Origin: Chrysomallon squamiferum
Lineage: Eukaryota > Animalia > Mollusca
Length of the DNA stretch: 64,000 nt
Assembly: GCA_012295275.1 (NCBI GenBank)
Contig: CM022677.1
Coordinates: forward strand, 2,294,001-2,358,000
Direction: 5' to 3'
Numbering within the stretch: position 1 is the stretch's first letter; every line of letters starts with the position of its first letter. The position numbers and the translations under genes are program-made. Shown piece by piece: positions 1-14,445 of this stretch. The notes under the pieces are model-generated. The model made no database searches, was not told where the DNA came from, and saw only the letters and a list, made by a program, of their open reading frames with translations.

Positions 1-179
1 ATCTTGTCACAAGACTCGAGTGTAAGTTTTATTTTTTTGCTGAATTTTTGTTGATCAATCAACAGAGTAATCACTTATATTTTACTTTTCATTGAAATTA
101 TTATGTAATTATATTTAGCAGATATGTAATCAATAATATAATTATCCTTTAAATTATATTACTTATAACTACATAATGA

Positions 180-218
<39 letters not shown>

Positions 219-599
219 AGATTAAAATGACAACAAAATATGAATGATGTTTATTATTATCTGAATAAAATTTGCAGTTATTTTTCCTTCGTAATCTGTG
301 GAAAATCTGAGATTCATTTCAGTCTTTTGGCAAACAGAACACTGAATATCTCATACAGTTTCAAACCGGTATATACATGTTTTATATCAAAATGATGCTT
401 TCTAAAGCCCTACAGTATTTTTAAGCATGATGCATAAACTATTACAATGACTCAACTTAATTTCATAAAATGTTTTTCTTTTTTCATTTTTAGGAGATCT
501 CACTGTGTTGAAGACATAAGTCAACATGACAGATTTGAGTTGTATCCAGTTTTAGTTCACGTTGTATCTTATACATCAGTCAAACAATAAGACACCTAC

Positions 600-679
600 T
601 TCAAAAAAGAATCATTTTAGTAATGTTTTGTGCATGAGACTGTACAGTGTATTAATATCTTTTGTGATTATGATTACAA

Positions 680-730
<51 letters not shown>

Positions 731-961
731 AATATTATTATAACAAATAATTGTATTAATATTTTACAGTGTCTACATCTGAAATAACGTGGTCATATTT
801 TTCTTAAATTTGTATTCATCTTTATAGGTTTTTATCGTTAACATAGAGCTATACAGGTATTTAGCTTTAATAATATGAAAGAATGTAGGGCCCCACCCAT
901 TATATACTTTAATATGGTTAAAATAATTTTATTAGTATATTAAAAAATAATAATAATAAAA

Positions 962-992
<31 letters not shown>

Positions 993-1440
993 AAAATTAA
1001 ATAAAAATTTGACACATAGTTGTTGTATGGTGTTTACTTTGGTGTGTGCTACACAAGTCAATTTCTTTTAAAACAAATTTAATTACAGGCCACACAGTGA
1101 TTGGTAAAACATTTCTTGTTTATGCTGTTCACATTAGTACAAACACTGGCGAATTTTGTTATTAATCGAGTGTCGTTATTTAAAAAAAAAAATATATATA
1201 TATATAATTATAAAATAAATAATAAATAAATATTATTTCCGAATATGATGGCTGCCATCAGGTGGCTGTGATGTTTAAATTATACTTAAATAAAAAAATA
1301 AAAAAATCCAAACTCATTAACAACTATAATAATTAATAGTACTACCTGTCTGCTTCACAAAATAAAATACTTTAAGCAACTTTTTTGTTGCAATTACACC
1401 AATTCTGTATAAGATTCTTCAAACGTCAAATAAAAAAGTA
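600..1440 (+). repeat. Diverged ~0.8 kb duplicated segment, copy A (partner 55925-56650, same orientation)
   Basis: Colinear shared blocks: 'gtgtattaatatct.ttgtgattatgattaca', (TG)n, 'gttaaatattattataacaaataa', 'atggctgccatca', 'ttaagcaacttttt', 'attacaccaattctgt'. Confidence 0.85.
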
Positions 1441-1531
1441 ATCAGCCTTAGAAAAAGAATGGGAAATAGTGAATGCAAAATGGGCTATAGACATAGAGAT
1501 TTCAGCAGTTGTTATCTACGTCAAAATATCC

Positions 1532-1581
<50 letters not shown>

Positions 1582-2234
1582 TATTTATATATGTGATTGT
1601 TTTTTATATGTGTTTATGCATATACTTAGAATTAGAAAACGCTTTGGCTTAGGAATTTTATTTTATTGTCAAAAATAATCATTTTCTAATTCCATTCGAA
1701 TTTATTTAATCTCCTTCGGTTGAACTTTAAGTCCAATTCGCTAGTTTTCCACAGTTTTTTACTAAACATTTATTCATCTGCATACAACTTTTTAAAATTG
1801 AATACAGAAGCATTTGGGACTGAACAGAAATAAACTTCTAGAACAATGCATTTATAAATGTTTTTAAAACATTTCAAAAACTGTTTACACAGTATCCTTT
1901 CTTTTTTTTTTTATCTATAAATATCTATCTGTAACCTCTCAAAACATTTTTTTGACAAAAACATTACCGCACCATCATATTTTGCATAAACAAGAATGTA
2001 TATCGCAAGATATATCAATATCCTTATTAAAATCTGTTTTTTTTTCTATCAAAAAGTTCGCATCATTGAATGATGATGTTGTATCGATCGAATGTTCTGT
2101 TACAGTTGTCCCCCTTCGCAAAAGTGCAGTTTTTTTAGTTTTATTATATATATATATACTAGTGGTAATATAGGCAATATAGATGAACATTATTAATTAA
2201 TTAATGTATTCATTTATCATCATCATCATCATCT

Positions 2235-2284
<50 letters not shown>

Positions 2285-3059
2285 GTTATGCTATAACATG
2301 AACAGAAGTTTAAATGTTTAACAACAAATGTGAAGAAAGCTAACAAAGAGTTGAGAAATGGAAAAATGATCAGTTAATTTTAACTGAATTCTTTCAGTGG
2401 CTGTTTTCATTTGTCACCAGTAATCTATGTTTGATTACAACGGGAAGGTCTACGTTGTTCAAGGCCACCGAGAGACGTCCTGTCCGTCTCTTTACAATAA
2501 TCTCTTACGTCTACAAATCGTGCTGGGGATGAGTATTGAAATTACTTCTTAATTTTATTACACTGTACAAAAGAAGGTGGTGAAAGATACACCTGATGTT
2601 CATCACACTCAGAGACACACATTTAGCTCTAAACTGACGGGCATGCTGGATGCAGGGAAAGGAATCAGAGATGATTTGATGTATTTTTGTTCAACGGATA
2701 GATAAACCAACAAGAGATTATAGACTAATAGAAAGATAGATATGTATGGATAGATAGATAGATAGATAGATAGATATAGAATAAAAAATGTTGATATGAC
2801 CGTGTCATAGTTTGTATTCAATTAATAAAAAATGTATCAGTCTAACCTCGCGCCCACTCAACTTTTCCTTTACATCTCAAACAGTTTTAGACACACTTAT
2901 TGATCTGTACCTTTCTCTAGATACTTACCTTCTACTAAAAGCAGAACTTCATAAATTATATTACACTACAGATTAAAATGATAATTTCAAGTAAGAACAT
3001 AGATTGTAGAGAATACCTGTATTTTGGGAAATACAGAGCGTACTTTCAGTTTATTTTAA

Positions 3060-3117
<58 letters not shown>

Positions 3118-6101
3118 TTATAAGAAAATAGAAGAAAACTTAAATGATATTCCATTATGAATAGAAAGCTATCACGTGTATTTTGTATAACGAGAGCAGT
3201 TCACACTATAAATCATAAAACATCCCGTAATTATAAACAAGCAAGACATTTTTAATTAAGGATACCGATATTTTCACTAATAAATTATACAAACATTTCA
3301 TAATTATAAACAAGTAAAAATGAGGTGTCAGTTTTACTTAAGGATAACGCTATTTGCACTGTTCATTTTACCACTGAGTTATAAAAATAAATTTTAAAAA
3401 CGTGTGCACTATTTATGAAGTAGTTTACACAGGATTTTCGTTACATTGTGTTACACAGAACATTCAAAGTTAGAGAGTAGCGGTGACACCAACCGTGTAA
3501 ATTGTAAGAGAAGTCCGCCGATATCTTGAATACCTATGAATGTCCTTCCAGACTAGCTACATTTTTTCTTAGTTTAGAAAAAAGTTAAGTATCTGCACTA
3601 CAAGTCTAATTATCAGTATGTTTTGTGCTATAATAATAAAAAAAAAAAATATATATATATATATTAATTTCCGACGAAACCTATATAAATCGATGATAAT
3701 AAAATTATTTCTAATTTTAATAATGCCTGTGAAACAAATATATCCTAATAAAAATAGTTTAATAAACCTCAAGTTAATCAAATAAAACGTCCATTTAAAT
3801 TTGCTGATATTAACTTTTATTAAGCAAATTTGACAGACTTCAACTGAGAGTTTTTATTTTTATTTTAGATATGTCTTGAAAAAAAATAATAACATTGTCT
3901 TAACAAAAACACTACGTTACTTTTGCTGAGTAAATAATTATTCTGATATGATATAGTAAACACAATATAAATTACGTTGAGAAATATCACATTAATACCA
4001 CAGTTTCTAATGAAATAACATTTTTATCTGGTTGCGATATTTTATTCCTGAATATTCACTGTACTTCTCAACTAGAAATATCAGGATGAATATCACTTCA
4101 TATATAATAAATTATTTGCTAATATTTAACAGAGAAACCTCAGCTTTTCAATACACACCTGTCTACAAAAAGAAAATCAATATTTAATTATCATTTGAGG
4201 TGCAACTAAAAACCAATGCTGATTTTGATAGTAACAGAGCAATTAGGAATTTGGAAACCCTCTTTATTTCTAAATTTCTCAACTATCCTTTGTGAATGAG
4301 ATGATATTCAGTTAGTTATACTAGAAAACACTGAAAATTACAGGTATGATTTCACTGTGAACATTCAAAAATATAGATGGAACTTCCGTGTTGTAATTTT
4401 TTTAAATAACAGTAGCTTTGTATGTGACGTCAAAAATATATCGAGAACATTGAGCAACTAATACGTACGTGGAACTTAAATATTATGTACACTACAGAAA
4501 ATATTGATAACCACAGTTAATCTATTAGACATTACTAACAGTTATAAATAATAATTATACATGGCGTTATGAAAATAAGCGGTTTAATTACTTATAAAAA
4601 AAAAGATGAAAATTAATTATGAGCAGTGATATTTACAGTTTGAAGGTTAATTATGTTGAGAAATGTTAATCTCATATTTTATTAATTATCGTATATTTAT
4701 ATCAGGTTATATTGAAAAATATCTGAGTTAATTCCCTGGAATCACGATAGTTTGTACTGATTAGATGAGAAAAAGAAGGTGAACATGTTATTTTATTATG
4801 CGAAGTTTATTTTTTTCATTACATTCATTACAAGGTGTACATCAGCGCAAGGTGTATAGTGTAATATATTTTACAATTCTTATTATACCTTGTTATTATT
4901 AGATATTAAAATAACCACTCCACCAGTAATTATCAATGAGTGAGTGAAGCAGACACCATATTTGTTTTTGTCAACAGCTAAATACAAGAACAACAACAAC
5001 AATAATAACATTAAATATCTGCACTTAATATTTTTATTTTTCTGTAAAAACAGAAGCTTCCTATATGTGTTTGACGCTATTCTCTTATTTTCATTAGAAC
5101 TGTTCTGAGTGCGGATATAAAAATTACTTCGAATTTTTACAATAATCATGTTCTATGAAAAAGGATATATTTTCAGTGATAGGTTTGATGCTGAAGTGTG
5201 CACTTGTTTAACCAACACAGCATGTTTTTCTGAGACTACCGAGTTCAAGATTAATAAAGTGAAATGAAAATTATAAACAACATTCACAAATTTCTTCATT
5301 GGAATAGTTAGATTACTGTTACAGAAATGTGTTCAAAGCTTTTGGTAGAGATGTTTATTGTATTCGTAACAGTTCATTCAAATTTATCTTAAAACTGCAT
5401 TAATAATGAAAAAACAAGGCAAGAACAGAAACGGAAAAAATTATATTTATTTCAAAAATAATAAGAGTAATAATAATAAAAGTAAATAATAATAATAATA
5501 CAATAACAATAATTAAAAACAATAAGAATAATATAAAAACAACAACATCAACAATAACAATAACAATAACTATAACAATAATAATAATAACAATAACAAT
5601 AATAATTATCACAGGAAAAAGAAAACAAAAAGAAGAAAGAAAATGGAGTGATGAAGATGATCAAAGAAAAAAATACATGTATAAGTGACACAGAAACACG
5701 AGGACAAAAAGAAAAAGTATAAAAAGCCAATAACATTCTGAGACACTACACAAACTGACACATTTCCTCACAGTCAGTCATTAATCATTCTTCAATAGTA
5801 ACGCAAAACAAATATTTTAAAGAGAGTGCTATCATCCAAATATTGAACTAACAGGCTTAGAGATCAAATCCCAGCCACACCTTCTGTTCAGAATTAATTA
5901 TAGAAATGTAAAATTACTACTCTGTCTGTTTAACTCGACTTCTAACAGACTATTGTGAGAATGTAGCTAAACTGCGCTTAAACTATATTTTTACAATAGA
6001 ATAAAATCAGCTCAAAATATGTATTGTTTCCAAAGATAATAAGAAATAAGAAAAAAAATAAAAAAATAAAAAAAATAAAAGATACAGCAGCTCTTCTGCA
6101 T

Positions 6102-6757
6102 CAGCGGTCAAATTCACATCCTAGTCTGTCTAAAAGGACCGCAAGTAAATGGAAGGCCAGTTGCCAGGTCACCAAATGTGACCAAAGTTCCGTTTAGGCG
6201 GCTGGGATGTTAGAAATATTATGGTTAGTCGCCCCTAAAAATATTATTTTTTCTTTAGGTTATAACACAAGATAATTATTTTATAATAATTTTATCGCAA
6301 ATATTTATTTCACATAAAACGAGTGCCCATAGTTCCATAAGCTGGACGTATCGGCTTACATAATTTGCCAACATTTAATTATAAACACTACGTTAAAGGA
6401 TTATCGGTTGGTTGACGGAACAAGTTATCATTGTTTGCTAATGTTTTTACTTTTACATTCCACCTTTAATTGGCTAAAGTGAAGCCAACGAGAATTTAGC
6501 GAACTTTTAGAGTGTCACGTCAATAATTATCGGTTGGTTAACGGAACAAGTTATCATCGAAGATAACTCTATTTCCTATTGTTTTTCGTTTTTTTCAATT
6601 ACCCGAATAAAGGATTAAAATTAAAAAAACTAATGAATAAAATAAATAAATAAAGAAAAAATAAAAAATAATGAATAAAAAATAAAAATTTTTTTTGAAA
6701 AATCCAAGTCATATAATAAAATTTTCTTTTGAAAAATCCAAGCATATAATACTATAA

Positions 6758-6808
<51 letters not shown>

Positions 6809-7114
6809 GTTATATAATTCCATTTTTGTCAAGGTTTGTTTGAAAATGTCTTACCAGCTGATTTGTATAACTAGGACTAAATTTTTGTGGATATTTTAAT
6901 TAATAAAGAATGTTCTATTTCATTTTAGATGTTGACAAATTAAGGTAAGCCGATACCTTCAATTTATCGAACTAAGAACAAACCTTTTATGTGAATAATA
7001 TTTGCTATAAAATTATTAAATTGTGTTATAACTTATAGAAAAAAAAGAGATGATCCAAAAAATACTTTTTAGGCGACTAAACCATAATGTTTGTATTTTT
7101 AATTTCGAGCCTTG
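6102..7114. mobile_element. Non-autonomous hAT-like element (MITE), decayed
   Basis: Right end TTAATTTCGAGCCTTG (rc CAAGGCTCGAAATTAA) versus degenerate left end CAGCGGTCAAATTCAC. Subterminal inverted pair attatggttagtcgcccctaaaa (6218-6240) / ttttaggcgactaaaccataat (7067-7088). Internal 31-bp direct repeat ttatcggttggtt.acggaacaagttatcat. No 8-bp TSD seen. Confidence 0.5.
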
Positions 7115-7449
7115 TGCTTACTGACATAACGTGCATAATCATCAGCTTGAAAGACATTTGTCTCAAGTTGAAAATGTCAGTAATAGATATTCACAAGAAG
7201 AAGAAGAAAAAAGTAAGTTCTTCTAGAATAATATTATTTATTCATCTTAGAGATTGTGATAGAATTAACTATGGAAATAAGAACATTTTAAGTTTGAATC
7301 AGTGGTAATATATTTTATCTGGATAAACAAGACTCGTTAAAATGACTTTTATAAAAAAGATAGTTTTGTCATCTGAATTAGGACAGTTATTTCAAATAAT
7401 TTACCACTGTATAAGTATGATAAGAATTCAGATTATTTTTTTGTTTTGC

Positions 7450-7940
7450 TGCAAAAAAAGATCTGATATTTCTGGGAGTTCTTCAAAGCAGTCCAATGAA
7501 CAAAGCAGAGATAACTTGTATGGGTTTTTTCATTAGTATTTTTCCTATTTAAGCAGCTGTTAATTTGTAATTTCTCCTTCATTTTTATAGAGGACATTTG
7601 AATGTTTTTGTTTGTCTGGGGTTTATGGGTTCTGCATATATCTTTTATTGCTTTTTTACAGCATTAGTCAGAACAAACTCACAGATTTATTGAGGCATTG
7701 CAGACTGAATGGTAAAGCCAAGAGAGAAAAGAAATTTGGCAGAAGAAAATTAATTCACACACTTTTACCTGTGAAAACAGAGAAAGGATAGTTCAATTTC
7801 TGCAGCATTTTCCTCAAGATTTTGACTAATTTTGTCAGAGTCAGTCACAGGATTCAAAGGGAGTAATTTGAAAATAGTTTCTGCATGTGAGACTAAATCT
7901 TCACTTTGGAGGGAGAATCAACAGACTGCTATTGCACATG
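7450..7940 (+). mobile_element. Sola2-like transposase fragment (two decayed exons), divergent relative of 49600-53083
   Basis: KDLIFLGVLQS near 7455. Exon 7662-7940 (tttacag| ... |gtaaga) reads, with frameshifts, ISQNKLTDLLRHCRLNG...ERIVQFLQHF...VTGFKGSNLKIVSACETKSSLWRENQQTAIAH. This is homologous to exon 51330-51600 with the same boundaries. Confidence 0.7.
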
Positions 7941-8645
7941 GTAAGAATTCATTTGAATAATGTGTAATTTTTCTAACAGATTAAGTGATATTTACTGGAA
8001 TTGGTTCTGAAACATATTTAAAGGAGTAAATATAATTTTAAGGATATTGTATTAATTCTTAGATTAATTGATTTTATATTGCAGTATGTTTTTGTTTGTT
8101 ATTGAACAAACACTTAAAAAACAATAATTTAACAAGTAAATAAAAAAACAGTACAAAAGTTTACTAAATTCCAATCAGTAAACAAAAAATAAAGTAATTA
8201 TAGTATTCTTAGATTTCTGCTATGCAGGCAGATCTCTAAACAACCAAATACAAACAAACCTAAACAGCCTGAATGCCTGCCTTTAAACTGAGAGACAAAG
8301 ATTTCACTTAGACAGTATCCCTCCTCTCTAATAAAGTAAAAGAAAAAAGAAAGAAAGATAACAGCAAAATAACACTAAAAATAGATAACCATTTAATAAC
8401 AAAGAAAATCATTCAAATTGTTTGTTGTCACATTTGACAGACAACTTCGGATGCCACATACAGAAGATAATCACATCTTGTAAAAACTTTTATCAAACAT
8501 CACACTGCCTGACAGTCTTGTATTAGAGTAAAACATACAACAATAAAACATACAACACAAAAAACATACAGGTACTAAAATACAGTGTTAAAATCCACTC
8601 TCAGTAATAAACATCTCATCAAGGATCTAGGCCCTGAACAACCCT

Positions 8646-9312
8646 TTAAAACACACCTTTCACTGCAATCTAGTTTTAAAACACACGTTTCACTACAGTC
8701 TAGTTTTAAAACTCACCTTTCACTACAATCTAGTTTTAAAACTCACCTTTCACTACATTCTAGTTTAAAAATCTAACCTTTCACTACAGTCTAGTTTTAA
8801 ACACACCTTTCACTAAAATCTAGTTTTAAAACTCACCTTTCACTACAATCTAGTTTTAAAACACACGTTTCACTACAGTCTAGTTTTAAAACTCACCTTT
8901 CACTACAATCTAGTTTTAAAACTCACCTTTCACTACAATCTAGTTTTAAAACTAACCTTTCACTACAATCTAGTTTTAAAACTCACTTTTCACTGCAATC
9001 TAGTTTGAAAACTCACCTTTCACTACAATCTAGTTTTAAAACTCACCTTTCACTACAATCTAGTTTTAAAACTCACCTTTCACTACAATCTAGTTTTAAA
9101 ACTCACCTTTCACTACAATCTAGTTTTAAAACACACCTTTCACTACAATCTAGTTTTAAAACTAACCTTTCACTACAATCTAGTTTTAAAACTCGCCTTT
9201 CACTACATTCTAGTTTAAAAACTCACTTTTCACTGCAATCTAGTTTTAAAACACACCTTTCACTACATTCTAGTTTTAAAACTCACCTTTCACTACAATC
9301 TAGTTTTAAAAC
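8646..9312 (+). repeat. 30-bp minisatellite, ~22 copies
   Basis: Unit ctagttttaaaactcacctttcactacaat repeated head to tail with few substitutions. Confidence 0.97.
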
Positions 9313-9370
9313 AACAGTCAGCCGTATTAGTAAAGAAATAGAATCAAAATTAGTTATACCTTTCATCATC

Positions 9371-9555
9371 AAAACCCAAAGTCATTTTAGTAACAAACTA
9401 CATAACAACAACCTTACCAGACTGAATCAGCTACTCCACCTATCTAAACACAATCAAATTCAAACCAAAAATCATTTTAGTAACAAACTACATAACAACA
9501 ACCTTACCAGACTCAGAATCAGCTACTCCACCTATCTAAACACAATCAAATCAAA
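9371..9555 (+). repeat. ~90-bp tandem duplication
   Basis: tcattttagtaacaaactacataacaacaaccttaccagact...ctactccacctatctaaacacaatcaaat occurs twice in succession. Confidence 0.9.
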
Positions 9556-9874
9556 CACAAAATAAACACAAAACCAACCAGTAGCTGTGGAATTTCTGAA
9601 ACCATGAAACATTACTTATTTCTCTGTCCACATTTTTCCAGTGACCACCTAATACTACATGACACATTCAATGAATTAAAAACTGAATTTACACTGAAAA
9701 TCATCTTGATAGCAACAGTGAGAAACTGAGAGCCAAACTTTAATTCAAACAAATAAATAGACATAAATTCAAAAACATAACATAAAATAGCACAGACATA
9801 GGTTAAACAAAAAGCAAATACTCCAAAAGAAAATAATTATATAAATTATTTAATTAATAGATTTACTGACTCAC

Positions 9875-9994
9875 CAGCTGATAGATTTGCTGACAGAGTT
9901 TCAGAACATGTTTTAAAAATTCCACATTTTCTGGACACAAGGAAGGAAACTGGTTCTGGCTGGTTTGGGCTGTTTTGAATGTGAACTTTCTGTA
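9875..9994 (-). other. Isolated 120-nt symmetric exon of an unidentified gene
   Basis: ttgtcag| ... |gtgagt splice sites. Open frame YRKFTFKTAQTSQNQFPSLCPENVEFLKHVLKLCQQIYQL. No partner exon recognised. Confidence 0.4.
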
Positions 9995-10100
9995 CTGACA
10001 AGTAGTAGTAGTAGTAGTAGTAGTAATAACAACAATAATAATTATAACAGTAATAATAATAGTAATAATAGTAGTAATAGTAATAATAACAGTAATAATG

Positions 10101-10147
<47 letters not shown>

Positions 10148-10208
10148 CACTGAATTTGTGAACAAAATTTTGACATTATGTTTATTTTATTTTTTTATCT
10201 TTGTACAG

Positions 10209-11719
10209 TACAAACCACGAATCAGGTGAAGATCACAAATTTTGGATTAGCTAAACTTCTTGATTACAATGAGTACTAAGCTGCTGGTGGAAAAGTGAGT
10301 GGAACAGTAGTAATTCACATTTCTTACTAATCAAAAACACTGATAAATTGGTTCAAATTCAGATTTTAAATATTGAAGTTTAAATTCTGTTTTCTTATTA
10401 ATAGGGAACTTACAAACTGAAACTTGGAATAGTCTTAATTCAGAACTTACAAACTGAAACTTGGAATAGTCTTAATTCAGTTTTTTTTTATTAATTGGGA
10501 TCATTGATATGCTGAAATTTCAAAAAGATTAAATTTCAGATATACAAACTGGAAAATATATGAAAAACTAGATTTTATTCTTTTTCACTGTTTCAGATGC
10601 CAATCAAGTGGTTAGCTCTGGACAGAATATTCACACACAAAACTGATGTCTGGAGTTATGGTACAACCTTCTGTTTATCTTTTCTCTTTTTTTATAATTT
10701 TAATGCGGAAATGACATTTGAATATGTAAGATGCATCAATTTTAACATCCTGCTTGTAAAATGAAAAATATATATAATAAAGTGTACTGAGAAGAGCAAA
10801 CAGTCTAAACACATTTCTCTTACTTTGAGTCATTTTGAAATTAGTATTTTTTAATAACAATAAAGTATGAAAATTTATATTACAGGTTCATTAACGATAT
10901 ACTGAATCTTAATTTTTCTTGCTTTGTGATAGTAAAAATATTTCACTGATACAGAATGTAAACAAATTTGAAACTGATGGATGTGACTAATTTTTAATTT
11001 TGTTTTGTTGTTGTTGTTCAGGAGTCACTGTGTGGGAACTGTTTATGTTTGGTCAAACACGATACGACAACATCCACGAAGTTTTCCATTTCCTGAAGAG
11101 CGGAGAGTGACTGCCACAGCCTCCAATCTGCTCCATCTACATCTACATCATCATCATCAAGTGTAAGTTTCCTTGTAATAGACATCGTCATGTATTTGTG
11201 TGAGAGTGTGTGTGTATTTGTGTGAGTGTGTGTTTGTGTGTGTTTAGTTTGTATATTTCTGTGAGAGTGTGTGTATTTGTGTGAGTGTGTGTATAAGAGT
11301 GTGTGTGTGAGAGTGTGTGTGTTGTTGTGTATGTGAGAGTGTGTTTGTGTGTGTGTGTGTATCCAGTATTACATGGCTGAAATAATGAGGATATTTTTAG
11401 ATTATTAAAACAAATTTCAGGTTGGACGTTGGATGCAGAAACCCGTTCATCTTTCAAAGAGCTTGCAGAAGAGTTTGCTGAAATGTCTCGAGATCCTGGC
11501 CGATTCCTGTCATTCCTGTAAGTGTTTTACTTAAAACACATCCACCTTTCCTCCTCATTCAGTTCGCTTGTTTTAAAAATTTCTTCTCACAGATTGAAAA
11601 TGATCACTGTGAAATTAGGTGTAGGTTGATAACAGATTGAAGGAAGGTGTATTCTTACTTTTAGAAAAGTCAAAATTATTACATTTGTGTCTTGTTAGGC
11701 TTAATTTTAGTTGCATTAA

Positions 11720-11760
<41 letters not shown>

Positions 11761-12559
11761 ATATTATTATGTGTTTTCTGCATCATTATAAAAATAATTT
11801 TAAAATTAATATTAGATAAAACTTCCTGCATGATAGAGTAACATAGACACAAATTTTCTTGCTGTCATGGAGATGAAACTTTTATTAATTAATTAATTAA
11901 TTTATTTTATTAACCTTCTTTTCTTCTTTCTTTTCATCTTTTTATTTTATTTATTTATTTACTTCTTTTTAAAAAAAATAATTTCCTGTATTGTTCTTTT
12001 ATTTCTAAATATTTGTTTTTCAATTTTATCTTATTTGCTTCTATTCACTGACTACTTTTTTATATCTAGTCACTACTTTGTTCATTTACTACACAATTAA
12101 ATCTGCTACAGCAGTCACTGTATTAGCAATCCAGTTTTTATTAGTCCAAATTTGTAGTATCTGAATTTTTTCCAATATAGTACAACTTCTGTAAAACAGA
12201 CACTGTCCAAAAAAGACCTCTTCTTTGGTAACTGCATTATGCAGGTTTATTTTTTATCCAGTGTATTAAAAAAAGCTAAGAAAACAACAACAAATCACTG
12301 AAAAAAGAAAGAGTTTAGTAATAATGTTTATATCTCAGTTAATAGTTTTTACTTACATATTTATTCCTGTCCATTGTTTTCTCTTTAACTAAACTAAATT
12401 ATCACACTAAACAGCTCTTTGCTGATCTTCACAATAAACCATGTGACTTTGAACCCACTGCATGGAATTCTCCACATTTGAATGTATGCAACAATTGCTT
12501 GTTCAGAAGCTTATAAAAAACACACTGAAGTATTTATTAATTATTATTATTATTATTAC

Positions 12560-12601
<42 letters not shown>

Positions 12602-12876
12602 CATAGACAACACAGAAAACTTGATTAGTTCAAATGTTTATTTATATAAATATAAAACTGATATTCCAATAAGCACTGACAATATCAAGGAAGCTGGTCT
12701 CTGAAACATTGGGTTAGTGGTTAGCCCAAACTGATAAATGTTTAGAATATACCTATCAGTATTTAGAAGATGGATCAATGAGTAGAAAAAAATGGATCAG
12801 TGATAATCACACATGGATTGTTGATTTCAGAAGGTGATTGACAGCTGGTTGGTAGCAGTAACACTATCCAGAGCTT

Positions 12877-12950
<74 letters not shown>

Positions 12951-13550
12951 ACATTGTAAGACAATGAAAATGTTTTAAAAAAGGGACAGAATAAAAAGCA
13001 ATGGGAAATTAACAATGTAAAATGAATATTCATATCCAGTGCATATGTAAACATTCTTATATTTACTTAAAACTAACATCTAATGTTTATCATTGCTACA
13101 TAATAACAAAATTTAATTTATAGTTCTACATTTTCACCAGCCATGCTATTTTATATCACTTTTTTATTTATTTATTTCTGTTGTTTTTTATGATAGATTT
13201 ATTCTGTCAGTCTCTATATTTCAATATTTCTCTTTTTTTATTTACATAATTATTAAAATTGATTTATATAAGTAATTAATTTAATGATAAGATTTCTTTG
13301 GGTTTTGTTTTAAGCATGAAGTAAAAAAGAAATAAATATAAAATGATTTTAAGCTTCTTCACCAGTAAAAAACAAACAAATGCGTCCATTCTGTCATGTG
13401 ACCTTAATCAATTTGGATCGTTCCATTTCTATTTGCAGGGAGATGAGTTTCTGTGTCTGCCCAGACATACATATGACAAGACTGATTTGATTCGCAGTCT
13501 GAATGTGGCTGCTGATGGAAGTTCTACTTGAACCTGCAGATGAAGCAGCA
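10209..13550 (+). pseudogene. EGFR: EGFR/ErbB tyrosine-kinase pseudogene fragment, 5 exons: 10209-10294, 10597-10660, 11022-11162, 11421-11517, 13439-~13550
   Basis: VQTTNQVKITNFGLAKLLDYNEY*AAGGK / MPIKWLALDRIFTHKTDVWSY / GVTVWELFMFGQ...KSGE*LPQPPICSI / CWTLDAETRSSFKELAEEFAEMSRDPGRF / GDEFLCLP. GT-AG boundaries; DFG changed to NFG; stops at 10277 and 11108; small deletions; N-terminal part absent. Confidence 0.93.
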
Positions 13551-13788
13551 GACATCTCTCTCTCTCTCTCTGTCTCTCTCTGTCTCTCTCTCTCTCTCTC
13601 TCTGATATATATATATACATTCATTTCATGGTGTCTACTGGTTATTCATAAAGAAGGTAAAGTCTCACATAAAGAAAATCAGATTTTGTACTTTCACTCA
13701 GATTTTAGAATTTTATATTTTATTGAAACAAAACCATGTTAAAGTAGTACATATGAAAATCAGTAAGAAATGATTTCAAGGAGAGAAA

Positions 13789-14300
13789 AAATGGGGTATA
13801 TGTAGAGAAAAAACCCAAATAAAAGTAATATAAAAAATGGGGTATATGTAGAGATAAAAATAAAATAAAAGTCTAATATAAAAAACTGAGTATATGTAGA
13901 GATAAAAACCAAATAAAAGTCTAATATAAAAAAATGGGGTATATGTAGAGATAAAGATAAAATAAAAGTTTAATATAAAAAAAAAATGGGGTATATGTAG
14001 AGATAAAGATAAAATAAAAGTCTAATATAAAAAAATGGGGTATATGTAGATATAAAGATAAAATAAAAGTAATATAAAAAAATGGGGTGTATGTAGATAT
14101 ACAGATAAAATAAAAGTAATATAAAAAATGGGGTATGTGTAGAGATAAAGATAAAATAAAAGTCTAATATAAAAAAATGGGGTGTATGTAGATATAAAGA
14201 TAAAATAAAAGTAATATAAAAAAATGGGGTATATGTAGAGATAAAGATAAAATAAAAGTAATAAAAAAAATGGGGTATATGTAGATATAAAAGTAAAAGT
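13789..14300 (+). repeat. ~41-45-bp minisatellite, ~12 copies
   Basis: Unit aaaaatggggtatatgtagagataaagataaaataaaagt(ct)aatat. Confidence 0.95.
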
Positions 14301-14343
14301 AGCTGATTTCAGTTCAGGTTTAATGTGCAGTTTTAAATATGAT

Positions 14344-14445
14344 TTTAAATATGCTAATGAAACATGTTAATTTAAATATGCTAATGAAACATGTTATTTA
14401 AATATCCTAATGAAACATGTTAATTTTATTATGCTACTAGAACAT
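14344..14445 (+). repeat. ~26-bp tandem repeat, 3-4 copies
   Basis: tttaaatatgctaatgaaacatgtta(a) repeated, then decaying. Confidence 0.85.

Noticed and set aside
1-591. Possible plus-strand exons (donor at 22, acceptor at 493)
   Set aside because: Splice sites are plausible, but the peptide is unrecognisable and truncated by the window edge.
2398-2690. GC-richer exon-like stretch after tttcag
   Set aside because: Stops occur in all three plus frames and no family was recognised.
8585-9565. ORFs of 63 and 186 aa with KTHLSLQSSF repeats (also 47025-47330)
   Set aside because: They are translations of a 30-bp satellite whose unit lacks stops in that frame.
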